Origin: Candidatus Micrarchaeota archaeon
GTDB taxonomy: Archaea; Micrarchaeota; Micrarchaeia; Micrarchaeales; CABMGC01
NCBI GenBank assembly: GCA_021817505.1
Contig: JAKAUU010000015.1
Span: 1-49,455, forward strand
Length of the DNA stretch: 49,455 nt
Direction: 5' to 3'
Below, one piece after another: positions 47,348 to 49,455 of the stretch. The notes under the pieces were generated by a model. The model saw only the letters and a program-made list of their open reading frames with translations. It had not been told where the DNA came from and did no database searches. Each line of letters starts with the position of its first letter. The first letter of the stretch is position 1. Made by a program: the position numbers and the translations under genes.

Positions 47348-47435
47348 GCATGGCTGACGCTATGCGTTCTTTCCTAAAATAAAAAATAGGAAAGGAGAAG
47401 GAAAGCTTGTTTGTGTAATGCGTTAGTTGCGGTGC
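47348..47435 (-). repeat. 88-bp direct repeat overlapping the 23S 3' end
   Basis: Identical to 45937-46024; contains the CTTTCCTA-N10-TAGGAAAG inverted repeat. Confidence 0.95.
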
Positions 47436-49455
47436 GCTCACAGGTCGCGTGAGCTCCCTGCTTACACGCCCGCCCTATCAAGGCCATGTACTATGGCCGC
47501 TCTGAATGTCTCGTTTCGGATGCGGCTTCGTCCTTATATGCTTTCAGGACTTATCCGCTTAGCGCGTGGCTACCCGGCAATGCCATAATGACAACCGGTA
47601 CACTAGAGGCGCCGAACTTTCGTTCCTCTCGTATTAAAAAGTTCTTATCCTCTGACACTTACACTCCCAGTAGTTGCTACCGTACTGTCTCGCGACGTAC
47701 TGAACTCAGCTCGCGTATCTCTTTAATGGACGAGCAGTCCAACCCTTGGCGGCTCCTGCACCGCCAGGATGAGATGAGCCCATATCGGTGTATCAAACGG
47801 CGGGGTCGATGTGAACTCTCACCCGCCACGAACCGGTTACCTCTAGAGTAACTTGTTTGACAGCTTGGTGCCCCATTAAAAGAGCATCCAACGTTCGTTA
47901 AGTCACTGTTTCCAGTCTGCATCTCCCGCTTTTCGAGATACAGTCAGCCCTGCATTTGCCTTTATGCTTAACGCTGGGTTTCCAACCCAGCTAAGCAGAG
48001 CATTGATCACTTTCGTTTCTTTATCGAAAGCAACCGCCCAGTCCAACTATCCACCTGCTGTTGTCCCTTGTTGGGTTAGCCGAGTAAAAAGCGCAGAGTG
48101 GTGTTACATTGTCGCTCCACCCGAACCGGAATCCGGGCTTCGACGCTCCCACTTACACTTTGCAGCACTTCTCACTCAGCAGCAACAGGCTATAGTCAAG
48201 TTTCATAGAGACTTCGCTACCCACTGAGAGAACGTGGCATGTACACCACGTAGTAATTTCACCAGGTCCCAGGTCGGGACAGTAGAAGAGTCGTTACGCC
48301 ATTCATGCAAGTCACCTATTAAGTGACGAGGTATTACGCTACCTTAAGAGAGTCAGAGTTACTCCCGCTCTTTGCTAGCGCTTAGTCCCGTTGAATTGGG
48401 GTTTCGCGGACTAGCGGTGAGCAGGCGTCACCCGCTGTACTAAGCCTTACGGCTTTGCGGCGAGTTGTGTTTTTGATAAACAGTCGCTCTTCCCTTGTTA
48501 ATGCTATCTGCGCTTACCAAGCGCAGACATGGTTTGTAGAAAACATACACCACTATTTTGCCGATTTCCCTGACCTGAGTTCTCCTGACACGCCTTGGCT
48601 TTTTCAGCCAGCAGCACCTGTACTGGTTCTTGGTACGATCTAGAACGATTGTTGCGTATTCCCTTTTCACGGGCTCAAGAACTTGGCCATTGTCAGTTCA
48701 TTTAGCTGCATCTCCTCATAATAAGACTCCGCAGCCATTTGGACCTGTTTTCAGACCTATCCTCAAGCGTCAGAAATACGCCTTGTGTTACCACGCCTAC
48801 GTTCTAGGCGCATGAATATTAACATGCTTCCCTTTCGCCTGGTAGTGATTAGCTCCAGGCTTAGGATCGGCTAACTCCCAGCTGACGATCATTGCAAGGA
48901 AAACCTTGTGCTTTCGGCGTAGGGGATTCTCACCCCTATATGCTGTTACTTATACCAGGATTTTCACTGCTGCGCAGTCCATGCGGCCTCAAAGCCACAC
49001 TTCTGCCCGCACAGCACGCCCTCCTACCCGCCTCTCGGCGCTAGGGTTTCGGTACTTGGTTTAGCCCCGTCCATCTTCAGACTGTGCTGTCTCAATCGGT
49101 ACGCTATTACGCGTTTTTTGAAGGATGGCTGCTTCTGAGCCTACCTCCCGACTGTCTACGACAACACCTTCCTTTGATGCACTCAACCAAGATTTAGGGA
49201 CCTTAACCCTAGAAACTGTCATTTCAGCAACGGGACGCTAGCTTACCCAACGTCCCCGACTCCTTGGGTCTACGCAGCATCTGCATTCGGAGTTTGACAA
49301 GAGTGTAGGGCCTTTCGACCCAGAGCACTCTGATCGGTCGCTCTACCGCAGATGCAAGCTCGCCAAAGGCTATCCTAAAGATACTTCGGAGGGGACCCGC
49401 TATTGCCATGTTCGAGTGGTCTATCGCCCCTAATCGCAGCTCACCCAACAGGATA
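47410..49455 (-). rRNA. rrl: 23S rRNA, 3' ~2 kb (5' part outside window; 3' end approximate)
   Basis: Minus strand has CTCTCTTAAGGTAGCG, GCATGAATGG, PTC loop, TACGAGAGGAAC (SRL) and CTGAAAGCATATAAG. Confidence 0.97.

Noticed and set aside
47486-49448. ORFs inside the 23S region
   Set aside because: Shadows of rRNA with no protein motifs

Overview
Archaeal chromosomal window, most likely DPANN/Micrarchaeota. This rests on a very divergent archaeal 16S, unlinked 16S and 23S genes, a D-loop BHB tRNA intron, eS1/uS15, archease, PAC2 and an archaeosortase. It holds a complete 16S (+), the 3' ~2 kb of a 23S (-), six tRNAs and about 50 CDS. Main observations: (1) three small integrase-less islets, each bounded by a duplicated 3' end of a stable-RNA gene (tRNA-Val, tRNA-Cys, 23S rRNA), carrying cassette-like cargo (ANT(4')/KNTase-like nucleotidyltransferase; GNAT; SAM methyltransferase plus RelBE); (2) a GGDEF diguanylate cyclase with intact-looking motifs, next to a candidate structured ~80-nt ncRNA and a double-Lrp regulator; (3) substitutions at normally invariant positions of the 23S PTC, sarcin-ricin loop and P-loop and the 16S decoding centre and 530 loop, several co-varying; (4) C55 T-loops in two tRNAs; (5) patchwork DNA identity between two acyl-CoA dehydrogenase paralogues; (6) a menG with no canonical start codon. 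All calls are by eye from motifs; no searches were run.
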